DNA from: Stylophora pistillata | Lineage: Eukaryota | Direction of reading: 5' to 3' | Assembly: GCF_002571385.2 (NCBI RefSeq) | Contig: NW_019217900.1 | Span: 258,159-322,158, forward strand | DNA: 64,000 nucleotides | Shown here: one piece after another, positions 60,084 to 64,000 of the stretch | How positions within the stretch are numbered: the stretch's first letter is position 1 | How the letters are laid out: every line of letters begins with the position of its first letter | Program-made: the position numbers and the translations under genes | The notes under the pieces: model-generated | What the model was told of the DNA's origin: nothing | The model's database searches: none | The model's input: only the letters and a program-made list of their open reading frames with translations

Positions 60084-63000
60084 CTTATCGAACTCCCGCT
60101 TCGTGGACATCCAATTTGGCTTTTATCACATCCACTTTGAAATCAGTAGTGAACCTTGCCCTCTGATTGGCTCTCAGCAGTGCGATTTGTTCATAAACCA
60201 CACTGTATTTTTTTTCTTTAAAGTGCATCTTTTTCCAGTCAATAAGAGAGTAACACTAAAACAAAACTACCAATCAGACTTGAAGACTTGTTTAATGCAC
60301 CAACCAAACTTCAGGTAACGAAAGACAAAGAAGCCACTCTGACGCGAATTTTGCAACTTTTGACCCTAAATTTTTTTCCTTTTTTTTACCCAGAAAAATG
60401 GGTGAATTTAATTAGGCAATTAAGTTTTGCGGTTTCAAAATGGATGTAATAACAGGGGTAATTGAACTTCGTGTTATGCAATTTTGGTTTGAAATCATAT
60501 TCGTGATATGAAATCGAACTCGGGCTGCGCTCTCGTTCGCGTATGATTTTGGATCTTACAACACTCAACTCAGTCCACTTACCATTACTAATCACCGTAT
60601 AATTTCAGACCAAAAAGGACTCCAATCCTTTAAATCACTCTTATGTATCGAATGATAACTCACCGTATTGTCTGAAAAGCATGCAGCTACTTTGTCTCCT
60701 CTTGGACTCCACTGCACTTCGAATATGCCCCCGTTACCATGGTAACTATGAACTAGAGTGCCAGTCTAAATAAAAATTAGAATAATGTACCAATAAACAC
60801 ATGTTGCCTGTCTATGAATGGCTGACATTAAGCTTAGATTTCAAGACGCGAGCAGGAACGGTAAGTGTTGCGCAATGGACACATAAGAAGCTCCTCAGTT
60901 TTTCGTTTATGTAACATAGGGTATGTATCTTTTATCTTATGGTTTATCAAAGACTTCAATTTCAATTTTCCTCGCGTGTCTTACGTGACTCCTTGCGTGT
61001 CTCCGCGTTTACGCGTGTGATATAAACTCCCTCATATTCGCGTTTGGGTCGCTTCAAATTTTTCGTTTCAACTGTGATTCCTCTCATCATTTCGGACATC
61101 CTGAACCATTTTGTAATTCTCATTACACGGTTGCTTGAAGATAAACCGGGACTGTGAGGAGAAATTACTCATTGACCACCAAAGGGAAAGTGATTAAAAA
61201 TGTTCTCCACCTGTGTTGACCAGACATTCAGTGCTCTGTCGAAAGACCCTGACGCAATGTATCTGCCATCAGGACTAAACGACAGAGAGTACACTGGTTC
61301 TTGATGCTTGGAGAGAGACAGAACACAGGAGCCACGCTCAAGTTCCCATAGTTTGACTGTTGTGTCGTATGAAGCACTGAAACACAATAAAAAAATATCA
61401 TGGTTCAACCACAGTTAAGAGGGAAGTTTTTGTTTGTAAAACCGAAAGGTAAACGATAGCCTAGACAAAGCTCTATGTACCACTGTTTTACGTCTTACAT
61501 TATCAAATCATGATTGGTAGTCACAAGATTTAATCACTATGAATCAATTCTTCTCATTGTATGGGAGTTGCCAGGATTTTTCAAGGAGTGAATACGACAT
61601 TCGCGTCCCACTGGTATCTGGACGCATTCCATGTGATTCATCATCATAAAATATTTCTTTAACACAAAGAAGGGGCGGGGAAGGGGTGGGTGGAAGATGG
61701 AACATATGTAAATAGGAATCTTAATTCTACTCCATCCCTTTCCCCACCATACTCTTAAGCTTGCCAAGCTAATGAAAAAACCGTTTTAAAAGAAACTTGT
61801 CTTAAGTAGGCTTGGGTTGTTTTTCTGGATCTTTTCATGCAATCTGTTAGGGGCTGATCGCTTAACCCCGTACCTCCAAGGATCTGATTGTTAATTCGCC
61901 CCTCTAGCTGCTACACATTTCCTTGTGAGTTAGTTATGAGAATTTGGTGTTACATCAAGACAACAGCTTCTACCTAATAAGTTTGAGTGTTGCCATTACC
62001 TCCTTATTGGATCTCGAATGGTTGTTATGGGGAGAAGTTACATCTTAATCACTTCTGGGAGTTGAGGGGTTAATAACAATAAACTGGATTGACACTAAAT
62101 AATCTTTCAACATAATCTGACTGCACCTGGTTAGCTCAATTGGTTAGAGCGCCGGATTGTGTTGTGCGGGAGGTCGAGGGTTCAAGCCCCAGCTGGACCA
62201 ATACTCATGGTCTTAAAATAACTGAGGAGAATTTGCTACCTTCCTATAATATCAAGAAATGGATAGATATTCTAGTCTTCTCGGATAAGGATAAATAAAA
62301 CCGTAGGTCCCGTCTCCTTCAGTTTAGGGTAGGAGACGTTAATTTCCCACGCATGAGATTACTGTGTGGTGGATGCCCTCTCCAGGCCATTCCCGTGGCA
62401 AATAAATTAAATTCCTAAATTTCTACCTGTTACAGTACAAAAAAAAAAATTAAGAAAAAAGGTTACATTTACATATTTTCTATTGTACCTTGCTAAGAGA
62501 AGAGGTGCATTAGGAAACGCTGTTGATGGTCCCGTTGGACTCCATGTTACTGTATATATCTCTCTTTTATGACCTTGGAGATCAAACATCCAGGTATCTT
62601 GTTTTGTGCTCCATATCTAAACAAACGATAGATGTTACCCCTTAACACCCTGACATCAGTATGCAGATTCTCCATAACTGTTCTCCATACATTTCCAAGG
62701 GTGCTGGCAAGGAGAATTTGTTTAACAATCAAGAGCTTCCTAAGTTGATGATTATTTCCTTTATTCTCGTGACCTTAATGTGCCGAATGATGTGTGAGAA
62801 TTGAGATGCTAGCACTCTGAGNCCAAATTATTTCGTTACTCCCACCAACGCAGCCCCAAACAGTTTCTGTATTCTGTAGCTTTACCAATTTTGTCAGTAC
62901 AAATTTAAACACTAGGGGTCAAAAGACTAATTCTTGAGGTTGGCATCCTTTACCAGTGCTGGATGGTAAGAAGGGTTCAAATTTGATTCTTGATGACAGT

Positions 63001-63958
63001 CTGAGGCTTAAAATGATTGCTAACATCAACATTCACATTCTCCACACTGTTCTCTTTACATTTCCTATGGTAATGACAAGGAGAATTTGTTGGATGATCA
63101 GGAACTTCTGAAATTGGTGATTAATTCCTTTATTCTCCAGTCCTTTACATTTTATTTAAGGGTAAAACTGTAAGGAGATATTAGAAGCCAGTCACTCTTA
63201 GGATTTTAAATCACTAACCTTTGCTGATAGATCATCTGAACAAGATGCTAATAAAGACCCTGATGGATCCCATTTTATTGCATTCACTTCACTCTGTTTA
63301 GAAATGAAAATCAATACATTCAAGAATAGCAGTTGAGTATTGGATACAAGAACGTAATTTTGATGAAGTTTTTTAGTGTAGGTGATTTTTATAATAACAG
63401 CACAAGGAAACTTACAGTGTGTCCTTGAAATGATTTCACAGGTTTTTCAACTCCTATTCTACAGACGTGTATGATTTTATCAGTTGAACAAGATGCAAAA
63501 CTTGTGTTTTTTTGCCAGTCGACGTCCAGTGTGGGAGCTTAAAAAAAGAGCAAACAAAATTCATTTGTATTACATAAAAAACAAGCTGTGCATACAGACA
63601 AAAATAAAAAGGGAAGAGATGTTGAAAAAACTGTAACATTTTGTTGCCAACAGTTAAGCTTACAAGTTTAAAACATAAATTCATCCTCTCTACCTTGATG
63701 GAAAGAAAACTGCTGTTTAACTTCCCAGTTATTTGAGTCCCAGACAATGGTACTCTGGAAATGAAACCACATCTTCAGTAATACATTACGATTATTCTAT
63801 CAAGAGTTTTCTGTTGAACCTAAAATTATTTTCTGATGTGTTCCTAGCTTGGAATCTTACCTTATCTACCCCAGCACTGAGTAAATAGTTTCCTTTCTTG
63901 TTCCATTTAATGCAGAATATTGGTCCTTTAAAATCACTTAGTGTTTTAACCAATTCTC
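59988..63958 (-). CDS. TBL1: TBL1/TBL1XR1/ebi-like WD40 corepressor subunit, 3' exons (5' part beyond the right edge)
   Basis: Exons (-): 63958-63861 ([23 protein letters not shown]), 63754-63694, 63537-63416 ([17 protein letters not shown]), 63293-63219 ([19 protein letters not shown]), 62616-62489 ([15 protein letters not shown]), 61376-61211 ([20 protein letters not shown]), 60765-60664 (GGIFEV.W), 60017-59988 (LCVLDVRNL*). Confidence 0.93.
61862..62073. mobile_element. TTAA-flanked ~210-bp MITE in a TBL1 intron
   Basis: ttaacccc...ggggttaa termini; other copies at ~47354 and ~17777. Confidence 0.7.
62124..62400 (+). mobile_element. tRNA-derived SINE in a TBL1 intron
   Basis: A box tagctcaattggttagagc and B box gggttcaagccc, followed by a non-tRNA body (ggtcttaaaataactgaggagaa...). 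No valid cloverleaf. Confidence 0.7.
62636..62820. mobile_element. ~190-bp MITE-like repeat; related copies at ~2006-2193 and ~63020-63210
   Basis: All three loci share a degenerate core catca.....c..attctcca...atttcc...g...acaagga.aat.tgtt...atttcctt.attct. Confidence 0.65.
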
Positions 63959-64000
63959 CTGTAAAGAGAAGACAAGCAGAAGGAAATTACCAAATCTGCA

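Noticed and set aside
60590-60663. Read-through ending of TBL1 without a further exon
   Set aside because: A strong gtgagt donor and the homologous LCVLD terminal exons found downstream argue for splicing.
62124-62200. Possible tRNA gene
   Set aside because: A and B boxes are present but there is no proper anticodon or acceptor stem, and it continues into a SINE-like body.
62822-62822. Single N base
   Set aside because: Assembly ambiguity, not biology; the neighbouring repeat may be truncated by it.

Overview
AT-rich, intron-containing animal genomic DNA. The gene set and repeat families suggest a cnidarian, probably a stony coral (inference). Genes reconstructed by hand from splice sites, left to right: (1) first coding exon of a MAP4K4/TNIK/misshapen kinase (-, runs off the left edge); (2) a complete 17-exon DDX3/PL10 DEAD-box helicase (-); (3) three intronless PTB-domain genes (-,-,+); (4) a 14-exon filamin with three CH domains and 13 Ig repeats (+); (5) a fourth intronless PTB gene (+); (6) a 5-exon, probably lipid-anchored coiled-coil/MIEAP-domain gene (-) head-to-head, 341 bp apart, with (7) a 4-exon HSPA12-type atypical Hsp70 (+); (8) the 3' part of a TBL1/ebi WD40 gene (-) whose last coding exon is duplicated. 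The best candidate for an undescribed system is the divergent HSPA12 + MIEAP pair: the MIEAP C-terminus reads like a GrpE head, suggesting a co-regulated Hsp70/nucleotide-exchange-factor module. This is inference and has not been checked by any search. Other notable items are a ~280-bp-arm hairpin in a DDX3 intron with a strong 5' splice site in its loop, and nested MITE/SINE/LINE insertions. All family assignments come from motif recognition; no database searches were run.
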